DNA of 64,000 nucleotides from Phoronis australis (Eukaryota > Animalia > Phoronida), in NCBI GenBank assembly GCA_002633005.1, contig NMRA01000238.1:518734-582733 (forward strand), read 5' to 3'. Within the stretch, counting starts at the first letter, position 1. Every line of letters starts with the position of its first letter. Both the position numbers and the translations under genes were made by a program. Below the pieces are notes generated by a model. The model saw only the letters and a list, made by a program, of their open reading frames with translations. It was not told the origin of the DNA and did no database searches. Below are positions 12,401 through 24,400 of this stretch, piece after piece.

Positions 12401-15400
12401 AGTACCATGCTAGTTATGGATTAAAACTTTCTTAATCTCTACTTTTGTGTAGACATTTGACAAAATAGAATTTTTCTTATGTGAACAATTATGTGAGTGG
12501 TAACTTTTGGTTGAGTTTACATTATGTGCAGCAAGGAAATCAGATGTTAAGTATAAAAATGACAATATTTGCAATTATTTTTGTGCAAAATAAGTGAAGA
12601 ATTGCTGCAGGTGATTAAGCCCATGTGTATACCTCTGATGACTACAAACTCCCTTATGCTCTTAATTATTGCTAATTGTGCCTGTTGTGCCGTTATTTAT
12701 TTAACCAAGAAAGTTTGCTGGAGGTATTCATGTGTCACATTTGTTTCTTTGTCGTCTTAAACACCCTTCACAATTAGGATTTCTTTAACTTATGTAAGCT
12801 GGTAATTGTGCTTGCCCCTGTTGGCTGCCATTATTTCTGACTGCTATTGATCTTGGTAATTAGCACCATAGTGTGCTAAGAAGTAATTACAAACTTGCCT
12901 ACTGATACACTCACAAGTGCTGGAGTGGTTTCTTGTAAAGGAGTGTACACTACTTGTGTTGTGATGTACAGCCAACCATCTCTATCCATGTACTATAAGC
13001 TGTGCTTCTCCAACAACAGGTTAACCCGAAACTCTCAAAGCGAGTCAGGCGGCCTGGAGGTCCCAGAGTTCATTTGTCCTCAACCCCCATCGCCAGTCAA
13101 ATCACCAGGGCAGTGTGAGGCCACCGATAATGTACTGACTTCCTTCCAGAGGGTTTCAATCAGCGGAGAAGATCATAGTGGGGTAAGCGTTATTAGTTGT
13201 CTGTTCTCATGTATTTTATGAAAGCATTTTCAATCAATTCAATAGTGAAATTCATTTTTTGTTATGATAACAGTTACCATTTTAAGAACTGACTGCACAA
13301 GCTAGTTGTTGAATTCAAGTTGTGCTTCATTATAGTAGTCTCTTGCCAATTTTACGGCGGACACACAATGAATTTTGTTTTCTCATTTTCCCTAAGAAAG
13401 TATTTCCGAATTAATGGTTTACTGTTTTTAACCTCTATATTACAACTACCAGGAAACAGCATCTTGAAAATAATGTGGACATTCCTATTAATTTAAGAAC
13501 CTCCTGAATATTGAAAATGGGACATATTTCAAATTTGTTTTGTCAGAAATTGGTGATATTTCATAATAGGCATAGACAGATGTGAAAGGAGTGACGAGTT
13601 AGTGCAAACTTTTTTCCGAAGACGTCAGTTTTAAAGAACACTTGCCTTTAAATGTTAGAAGGAGGTGATATCCCTAACGTAATTTATAATGTATGGTGAC
13701 TGTTATTGGACGAAAATAAAGATTTCCTAATGAGTAGTTATTAGTTATATTCAATCTGTAAAATGACTTGGAGTTTCAAGAACATTTCATTTCAGTTTGT
13801 ATTTGATATGTCATTTCAATCACAGTCTTGTTCATATCTAACTCTTCACTACCACGTTATCTAACTCCTTCACTACCATGGTATCTAACTCCTTCACTAC
13901 CATGGTATCTAACTCCTTCATTACCATGGTATACAAGTTTTTCAATGTCATGGTATCTAACTCCTTCATTACCACGGTATCTAACTCCTTCACTACCATC
14001 TAACTCCTTTACTATCATGGGTGGGTGTATTCAGAGATCTTAGATGCTGAAACAAATAAAACAAGAAACATTTTTTTCATACGTCAACTTTTTCTGAGTA
14101 ATACAATAACATATGCCTGTTGCTAGTCTTGACTTTCCCCTGTATCGTATAGTATGTGTGTTCGTGGAAATTAGGAAAAGTCTGAATGAATTTTTCTTGT
14201 TTTCAATTGCATATTCATGCCATTCAGGTACCTTATGAAGATCTGAAGGAAGCGGCAGAAAGCCTGGTGAAAGCCTTGATGTTACGAGAGAAGTACATGT
14301 CTATAGCACTCCAGTCGTTTGAGAAGATCACGTCCAGGTTTCTGCAATCTGTCGAAAACGGGAAACCAGTAGCTGCTGAATTTGAAATTCGTGAGAAGAA
14401 AAGCACTCTGGGTAATTTTAGCAGCTTCGATTTTGTCTTTTATTCTTTTATTTCCATTTAGCCTTTTTTAGTTTTCAATAAACAGGTTTTGCTTTAAGCT
14501 CTAAGTTTCAGTGTTGTGGATCGACATGTTGTTTTTATTTTTTATTTTTTTCTAATTTAGAACATTTTCTCAAACTATTATGTGTCTCTTTTAAGTGATG
14601 CAGTATGTTGAATTTTTCATCTGTAAAAATTATTTATTTAATGGGTAATAAACCAGTTTAAATTAATTCATTTAATTTTTTAAGGATAGGCACTTGATTA
14701 TGATCACAATGTGTTCTTTATTGTAAAATTTGTTGTCAGATTGCTGGATGGACTTTCAGCAGAATGTTGGGGCTGAGCTGACATGCTGCTGCACTTGAAA
14801 CTGTGGTCTACTTGGTTGTCATAGTAACTCGCTTTGGTTTTAGGTCGCAGTGGTGTCTTGTATTATGATTATAAAGGTATTGTTTTCAGTCTAACACCGT
14901 GTGTGGTCTCCAGTAAATTAGAGCTACAATTACCTTTAATTTCTTGGGGATTATTGACTATAATAAACATAGTTCTGTTTCCTGAGCATGTTCAGGAATT
15001 CAAAACCGTGATTTTTAAAAAGTGTATTCAAGATTAGCATTTTGGCTTTTTTGGTGAATTGATTCTTAAGCCATTCCAAAAACACTTCTAGGCTTAAAAG
15101 TCAAGGACATTTTACAAATTCCAAATTTTTTTTTCAAGTAATTTCTTATTATAAACAAGTGTAAATTACTTTTATTAAAGTATGTTTTTCAATGTTACTG
15201 GCTATGCCTTTGCAGATTTCTGTCGATCGTGTAAGTCTAGTAAGGGCTGACTGAACTGACCCTATTGGAGACTGCAAGCTGAAGTGTTCACGAGACAGGT
15301 GAACTGTAGTGTTATGGCAACCAGCAGAGAATATATTTATATATTCCATAAAAATAAATGTGGAGTAAAAAGATCTGTAAATACAAGTTTCAGTTGATAA

Positions 15401-18400
15401 AATGCAGAACTTAACTGTCACCAAAACGGAAAAAAGGATATGATTGCCATTGACAATGAAACCTCCATTTCACTGACTTTTTCATCCTTAACATCTATAT
15501 GTCTTAATATACATGATTACAAAAAGTATAGTTTGTCTTTGCTTACTATTGTCCAACTATGTCACAGAATGCGTGGTTTATAATGTTCTGTTCCACTAGT
15601 CCCAAGCGAACTGTTTTGATTGCAGTTCCAGTCTTACAATTTTGAGAAGCTAATGCCAGAAGAAATGGGAGAAAATGTTTTAAAACAATTATTAGTTTAC
15701 CTTGTTGCACACAAAACAAATTCCTCCTCCCTCAAAAATTGTAATAGTACTGGTTTTCAAATGCCATTGACACTTAGTTCAACTGTCAAGTGTGCTGTGT
15801 GTGAATAAATTGTACAACACCACGTTGGTCCATGGTGTCTTGTGTTCATTGTGCTCCCTAACCAATCAGATGCTTTCTAAGGTTGAGCGTGTATCTGTGA
15901 TTGGTTTTTGAGAGCCAGCTTACGACTCGTTGTTTTTAGATGAACCCTAACTAATCAGATGCTTGTAAGTGCTCAGTGCTAACCTTTGGTTGGCTGTGAG
16001 CGGAATTGTAACCAAACCAATGATGACAAGGCTCGGTGCTAACCTACGGTTGGTTCTTGTGAGCTGAGCCCTAAGCAATCCAATGATTGCAACCGCTCAA
16101 TGTTAACCTGTGGTTGGTTGTTGGGACCTGAGCCCTTACTAGTCAGGTGTTAGCTAGGGCCCAGTGCTGACCTGTGGTTAACTGTAAGAGTTGGACTCTA
16201 GCCAGTTAGTGCTGTCTAGAGTTCTGGTTAAACCTGTGACTTGTGGGTCAGGAACTGAGCCCTAACCACTTGCTTGCTAGGACTGTGCTGTCTGTCTGCG
16301 CACTTGAATTGTTTGGACATGTAACAACCATCTATTATAGAAGTTTGTTTTGAATCTGTATTAATCTCCAACTTAAAGCTATGGTTAAATACAACTTATA
16401 ATCTCTGAAGTCCTTAAAAACTCAGTGTAGAGTTTAAGCAAATTTTATTAGAACAAAAATTCACTAAAGCATAATTTGTGCCACCAAGCATTTGTAGTAG
16501 ATTTTGCATGTCGTTTAAAATTCAACAGCAGCATGCGAAGACTACACAAAACAATACCCAGTTATGCATTCCAAACCATAATGTTTTTGCCTGACGTTCA
16601 TATATCCTTGCTACTGGTCTTTGGGCAGAACATCTTCATTGTTTTGAGTGTTAGACTCTCGTGTGCTTTGTTATTAAGTATTTTATTGCCAAAACAATTA
16701 AAGAATGCCCTACCCATGTATTTGTTTATTAAAATCACAATATTTAGTTGACTGCATTCTTTCAATTAAAGTGTTGTTCTAGTGCCCTGAGACCCAGATA
16801 TGTATTAAACATTCACACAAATATAATATTAGGTTGCCAATTTATGAATAGAAACAAGATAATCTATGCAATCTATAAAGAGTAGAGGTGTGTCGTAGAT
16901 GATGACTTCTTGAAATCAGTGTGCGCTTGAAGCAAAATCTGCCTGGAGCACCTGCTATCTTTGTATCATTAGTGGTCTGAAATAGAATTGATGATTTCAG
17001 GTGATGGCGTTTTTGTCGTAATATCAAGTTGTCAAGTTTTTCTACTGCTCATTAATGTTTTGCATGTCAATTTGATTCAGTTCTGGGATACAATTAGCTT
17101 GCCTTTAAAGCTGTTACTACCCAATGTTCTGTTCAAGAAGTGAACTGTTGAGTTGGTAAAATTAGTCTCAACTTGCTCTTTTCTCTGAAGAAAGAATTGG
17201 CAGTTCCCTAATCCTTGACGTATGCTCAGCGCATAAAAGAACAAACAAACCAAACTGCTGTACCTGGTCTCGAACAATAAGGAGTCAAAGCCCTGAAGTC
17301 ACCTCTAGTTTAACAAAGGAACAATTTGATACCAATTTAGTAATGCTAAGTTGTCTAAATCAAAAGTTTTTTGTAATGGAGCCTAGGTTTATAACTAATG
17401 ATTAACTCTTTGGTTGCACCTTTGAATAAATACATTTATGCTGTCTGTCCTGCCTTTTGCATAATCACTTTTGTAAGTGTCTTGGTTGCCTGTAGTGACA
17501 TTTTCCTCTGTGCTTTTAAATTTTATTTAATACAGTAACTGTCCTGTGTTGCAGTACTTTTGAATAGTCACATGATTATGTTAAACTGAGTTGGTGTGTG
17601 AGTGTGAGTATAGTGTTTGGTGATACAAAATCTTTGTCTATACCTTAGTACAGAATCCTGTAATTTTTGTTAAAAAAAGTAATGCTATTTCGTTCCATTT
17701 TACTTTAAAATTTGCTTTTAGTTTTAGTGTGCTTTTTCTTGACAGCGAAATTTTGTGATTGGCGGAAGAAAATTATGATCAGAACATACCGTAGGATTAT
17801 TTAAATCATTGCTTTATTTTTACCTTCTTCTTAGTTTAATTTTTCAGATGTTTTATTTGAACCTTTAATATTTATTTATTTAACTCCTTAAGTACTGCGA
17901 AATCACATTCTGTTGAATCATTTCTAGCTTGTCTACATAGCTTAAGATCACCCTGTACATCTACAGGAGAGATCATTCCACTCACCTGCTTTATCCTGTG
18001 GTTGTTGCTTTCAGATCACCCAATACATCCACCTACTCTCGCTGGCGACCCATTCTCCTGTGAACTCTTGGATGACCTTGGCTGTAAGTTCAAGTCGAAG
18101 AACGGCATCATTAATGTGTATCGGGACGAAGACTCCTTTCAACAGGACCGAGCGATAGAATGGCCGTACATAGACCGAAGCATGTACATTGCAGACCAGA
18201 ATCTCATGATAGCTCTCATTAGTGATGGCCCACTGTAAGTTACAAAATGTCTAGAATGGTATTACGGCAAAAATTCTCCAATTTGGGACAGTGAAAAATT
18301 GATTACCGTATTCGCCGTAATAACCGCCCATGCCTCTATAAGCGCCCCCCCCACGCGTTTTCAGACTTTGCTGAAATAAGCGCCTAGTCCATGAACGTGT

Positions 18401-21400
18401 ACATGCGAACAATGATGTACCTACAGTCCTAACACTCGGCTACAGTAACGTCTTCTATTTATCAAAAAAATTTTGCATGGGTCTTCTAGACCACCAGCGG
18501 CACTGCTACGTTTGTATTTAGCCGTGACAAAGTAACGCAGCGCTTCAAAAAGAACGCAACAGTGTTGCTACGCTCTCGCGACGACCGAGTCCCATGGTCT
18601 GACCTTTCAGTAGACACATCGACTGTCTCATGAATAAAAATAACTCGGTGTTAAACGCAAGTGGCCAGGAAGCGCGCGCTACATAACCTGTCATCAAAGA
18701 CATTAGTTGGGAACTATCCATTCATGAAGCGGGTAGCATAGCATCGATAAGAAATGAATATTGGAACTATAATTTCCGACAATTTCTAATACTATAAACA
18801 TGTTTGCGTTATTTTTGAGATGGACTGTTTGATTAACCATAATTGGTGTTATTAAGCCGAATATCCGATAAAATGACAACTGACAGTGAATGCTTACACA
18901 CCCTTACATCGAAAAATAACTGTCAGATAGTTACGTACGCATCCAGCTACATGGCGACTAATATGGGCCTTGCCGAGACAAATGTCGAAAGTTTTTAGCA
19001 CGAGACCGGCAAGTGCTGAATGAAACATGCTCTGGTTTAGGCTTACTGCTTGTGCAAATTTCTTTAGTCACATCTAGCTAGTTAGATTGCGTGGCTCTGG
19101 CCGAAAGACGGTCTCTGCTTTGGCAAATGAACTCTGGTGACACGCACGTGCTCGCTTACTCACAAACGCAGACAACTTCAAAACAAATGTCACGTGACAA
19201 CAACATGTGTGTTCGTACAGACATTTTTCTCGCTATGTTGCCGATCATACATGTAGATGGCACGATGTTGCACAGACTTGTACTTAAACCTGCCGTTAAT
19301 CCAGACTCCACGGGAACTTAAAAACCTTAGAGACGCTACTTATAAAACTTAATGAGGATTTCAGGTACTTTATCGAAACCATTTTTATTCAAGCATTGAA
19401 GTCGCCATATCGAAAACAGCGATTTCGAAGCAGTCAGTTGGCGAGTTTTCGCCCTAGGATTTCAGCACAATTTTCTGTAAAATGATCGTAATTTAGCAGC
19501 AAAGTTTGATAACAATGCATCACAGTTTTGTTGAAAGTCTTTCATGGATAACATATACGTCACAGAGCGTAAATTTGATGAATCTTAGCTTCCGATTTCA
19601 CCAGTTTCGGAGACCGGGTTTCAACCGCCTTGGGTTATAATAAGCGCCCCTCTGAACCGAACTTTTCTAAGCGCCCTGGGCGGTTATTACGCCGAATACG
19701 GTAGTTTTCTCAAGTTTGGAGCTTGTCTCTAATTCTAGAAAGAAAAAATATTGGTTGTCCCAAATTCAAGAATCACCAGAAAGATGGCAAAATTATCCAA
19801 TCTGTAGACTAAAAACACATTCTCTAAAATTTGAGAAATATGGTGACCGCTAAAATCGACCTTGTCTCAAATTTCACAATCAAGAAAATTCAATTTTTGC
19901 AGGAGTTTCTGTGTCCCAAATTTTAGAGACTGTCCGAAATTGGAGAATTTTTACTGTAGTTGAGAAAAATTCACTTAAAGCTGTTGTATAAACTTGTCAA
20001 AAAGTAAATTTGATTTTGACCAAATACAGTTAAATAGTTGATCTGATGTTATTCCTCAATCTGATTTAGATTGACATTGGGCTTGGGAGAAATTATATTT
20101 CATTAGTGCTAGAGACGTGGCTCAATTCTGAGTTGGCTTAACCTAGTTCATACTCCAAGTATAGCCTCACGCAGTAACAAACCCAGTGGCTCATTTCATA
20201 CTCCAAGTATAGCCTCACGCAATAAACCCAGTGGCTCATTTCATACTCCAAGTATAGCCTCACGCAATAAACCCAGTGGCTCATTTCATACTCCAAGTAT
20301 AGCCTCACGCTATAACAAACTTTCAGTCTTTCCCAAGCTCAGAAACCATTTTTATTCGAAAAATGTGAAAGGTGAAACTGGTTTTACTGTCTTAAGTGGT
20401 CTAAATCCTATTGAGTCTTTGACTGAAGATGAGGTTTATAAGGACTTCATTGTTGAAAGTTTATTTTAATCCGTTCTCGCAGTTTAATTATTGTATAAGA
20501 TGATGGTAATGATACCAACAGTAAATGCAAGTATTGGCTTGGCTTGCTTGATACCAACGATTGGAAACTTTCTGTTGAACAAAGTGTTAGTGCGCAGCTA
20601 TTAAGACACTGGTTAGGTTCTAACTCTGATGTATTACTTGACAATTCATGGGCTAATAATAGTACTTATGACATGAGTGGGTGAGAGCCTTTCAACATTC
20701 CCTGCACAGGGGAGGTGAGTTTCTCAGTGATACAGCGGAATTGTGTCCAGGCTCTACATGGACACAACTTCATGGCTCTAGAAGCCAAAAAATTGAACCC
20801 ATGGCTTCTCAGTTGAAAGTCTACCCCACTTAGCATAGAGCCACATTTAGCTTTGCTCTGTCAGTCTCCCGTGTGAAAAAGCCTATAAAAGGTTCTCGTG
20901 TTTACATTTCAGCAAGTCCTTTTCATACCGTCGCCTCCAGTACTTATCTAGTCGATATGAGCTACACTGTCTGCTGAATGATATTCGAGAATCAGCAGCA
21001 CAAAGGGCTGTGTCACATCGCGACTTTTATAACATCAGAAAGGTACAAGTCTTGCATGTTTGAAGGACATTTTAATAGCACTGTATTCCCATGTTCTCAA
21101 ATTGGTTGGAATGAATATAAATTCTCCTTCTGTCATGAAAACTAATTTGCACTTTTATTTAGACTTCCTAATGTTGTGACCGTGGCCTCAAATTGTTCAA
21201 ACTGGAAGTGATTATAAGCTTGGAGGAAATGCTGCTTGTTTTTCTTGAGACTGGGCTCTATATGTTGGCTTGTCATGGTGGGTCATTTTATAAGTTGAAT
21301 ATTGTCTCAAGTGATAATGAATTGTAATCTTTCCTAGTCTAGAAACCACTTGTCATCAGAGTTCAGATCAAAGTGAGATCAGTTTCACAACAGGAAGTGG

Positions 21401-24400
21401 GTATAAGCAAGATTTAGTCTCTTTGGCAGGATGCGTCTTGTAGACGTTTAAATCAAGATCGCTAACTTCATTTTAAAATAATTGAAGTATGCTGGTACAA
21501 ATCTGGCCTCCGATGCTATCAATGTTTTCTGTTTTTATAGACAGTGTAATTGTGTGTGTAAAATTGAAATTTTTAATGGTTGATCTGTTCAAAAAGGTTT
21601 CTGTTTTAGAACACACAGCTTTTTATGTATAATTTTTATTGATATCAGTGAATTTTAAGCCAAATTATTTAGGTGTTGTTTTTTAAATATTCCATTGATT
21701 CTTTAAACCTGTTTAACACATGTCACTATAATAAACGAATCATTCTTTTATTCCTATAAGAAAGTGATTGAGTTTGAATTTACCTCTCTGAACTAATGAC
21801 TTGAAATGCATTGCTCAGTCTAGTATATGGGACAAGGTGTGGATTCTGTGCTATGTTTACTACGAGTCTTATAATGTTTTGCTCATTATATTATCTCTCA
21901 GTCATGGACATCCATTCACAGTGGGGCATGCATATTCAATGTGCTGTTTAGACTTCACTCAATATTTAATACAATCTTGCTCTTATATATTTTATTTTCT
22001 TTGTGCTAACTCATTGCTATCAAATATCACCAATATTGGAAAAACATACTGCTGAAATTGCCTTTTATTTTCAAAGCTGTTTAATGTTGTGAATGCCCAT
22101 CAATTTTAAAATATTGTTGGATGGTTTCATTGTAATATAACTTGAATATGATAAACTTTGATTTCACGCTACTTTTGTTCTATGAAAAAAATATGTATTT
22201 CACTAAATCCTTCTAGTTGTATTCTAAAATGATGTGATTATCTAGGTAGAGGTGAGCATCAGTGAACTAAGATGCAACTGTTTGTTTCACCAATAGGTGG
22301 ACACTCACTAAGATGCAACTGTTTGTTTCACCAATAGGTGGACACTCACTAAGATGCAACTGTTTGTTTCATCCATAGGTGGACACTCACGTTCACGCTG
22401 CGTCTGGCATGAATCACAAACATCTGCTGCGATTCATCAAGAAACAGATGAAGGTGGCGGAGAACGAGGTCGTCTGTGTGGACAAACAGACTGGAAAGGA
22501 GATGACAATGATGGAGGTCAGGGGTCATTGCTTGGCATTGTGGTCGTACGAAGTCCTTTTCCTGCCCATTATGCTTTTTCCTTATACCCGCTTATGTTTT
22601 TAAGAACCCTTTGAAGGCTTATTGGGATAGTGCAACTGCTTAAAATTTTTCCAAAATGTTATTTTGTGACAGCTGCACTTTACAAAATAATGGTGCTAAC
22701 AATGAAATGAAATTTTCTTGGTGATTGTTATCTTGAAGTAGAGTTTATCACTTCTCTACCACATTCTGTCCTAATTTCTACAATAATTTCCTCTCACAAG
22801 AGTTATTGTGTTAAAGGGACACTAAGCCCTGTTCTGGTGATTTCAACCTATTCTCATTATGTCCCCTGCTAATGCATCATTGGTGTCTCACTTGAGTGAT
22901 AAAAGCAGGAATTGGATATTAAAGAACAATAACCCAGTGTGTCATAGAATGGGACACTATGGTTCTTGGTGTCATGTAACTCACCTTAAGTGTAGGTCAT
23001 GCTTGCCTGCTTGACAGACTTCGTAAGAAGTTTCCAATTTTGCACCAAACTTAATTTTTGTTGAGGGTTACTGAGCATAATTTGCTTGAGAGAGCTGGAT
23101 GTGAAAGCTGTTGTTAATATCTGTCAATATGTCCAAATCAGGTTTAGTATCCTTTAAGTAATTTGGACAAGTCATTTTCTCATCTGTTGTCTTGGTAATT
23201 GCAGGTGTTTGAGTCACTGGGTTTGAGTGCTTACGATCTCAGTGTTGACATGTTGGATGTTCACGCGGTAAGTGCTAATAGTGGTTCAGTGTTGTCCGAA
23301 TAGTACTTGTTCACATAGTAATGGCATTCCTTTGTCTGTGTTCATTGTCGCTAGTGGAAATGCACCAGATATATGGGAACATGCTGCTTGTTACATAATT
23401 TTAAGTAAACAAACTTTACGGACTCCAAGTTAATAACAGAAACTTGAACCTGCTGCTTATTTTTTCATTAAATTTTGTTCCAAAAATAACTTGTCTTTTT
23501 ATCAATTCAATCTTGTGTCATCCTCAACTAAATTTCTGTCTCTTGATGTTAATTTTGATTGCTATCTAATATATGAATTTTAACAGACTTTGTGGAAAAC
23601 CATCTTTCTATGTATAGTAGAATCTCACCAATTTAAGACTTTTACGGACAAGTGAAATTTCAGTTTCTCATAACGGACAATTTGGTATGTTAAGTCTGCA
23701 GTTCGTGAGATTTCACCCCATCTAATTTGGTTTCATAGGGGTGAGCTTATGATATACTGTTTAAGTCCCACGTAGTGCTTATTACAGTACAAGACAAAAG
23801 TAATGAAACAAATTAGTAATTCCTTCCTTATCATGATGGCTAATTCTGTTATAACCGCAATACAGACTGATAATGAATATTAAGGTGGCAAGGTATATTC
23901 CAATTACAGAATGTCTTACCCACTTTACTAACTTTCCTGTTGATTCCCTTACATTCTGGTCATGAGGGGAGACTACACTGACAATTAATTTGGCTTCTGC
24001 CGAGCCATCATGACGAAGAATTCCAGGTCATTTTGTTTGAATACTTTTGACTTGTAATGTTGGTCAAGCCAAAATCGCAAACTTCAAATTCTAGTAAGGC
24101 AAGTTAGTTATTTTTTGTCCAACTGAAGCAGTCAGTGAACACCATGCAGTCCATGGTTTCATCATTTTGTAATTATGTACGCTAAATCACCACGTTAAAG
24201 AACCAAAACAAAAGGTTCCAACCAAAATATGATTTGAAACAAATGAACATGTCATGCTTATTTGTTTATTGATTCAGCTTACCTATTGTTTAGGACCGTA
24301 ACACGTTCCATCGATTTGACAAGTTCAATTCAAAGTACAACCCCATTGGTGAGAGCATTCTCCGAGAGATCTTTATCAAGACTGATAATTATGTCAACGG

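Noticed and set aside
13828-14043. ORF with YLTPSLPW repeats
   Set aside because: It is the translation of a 24-bp intronic tandem repeat.
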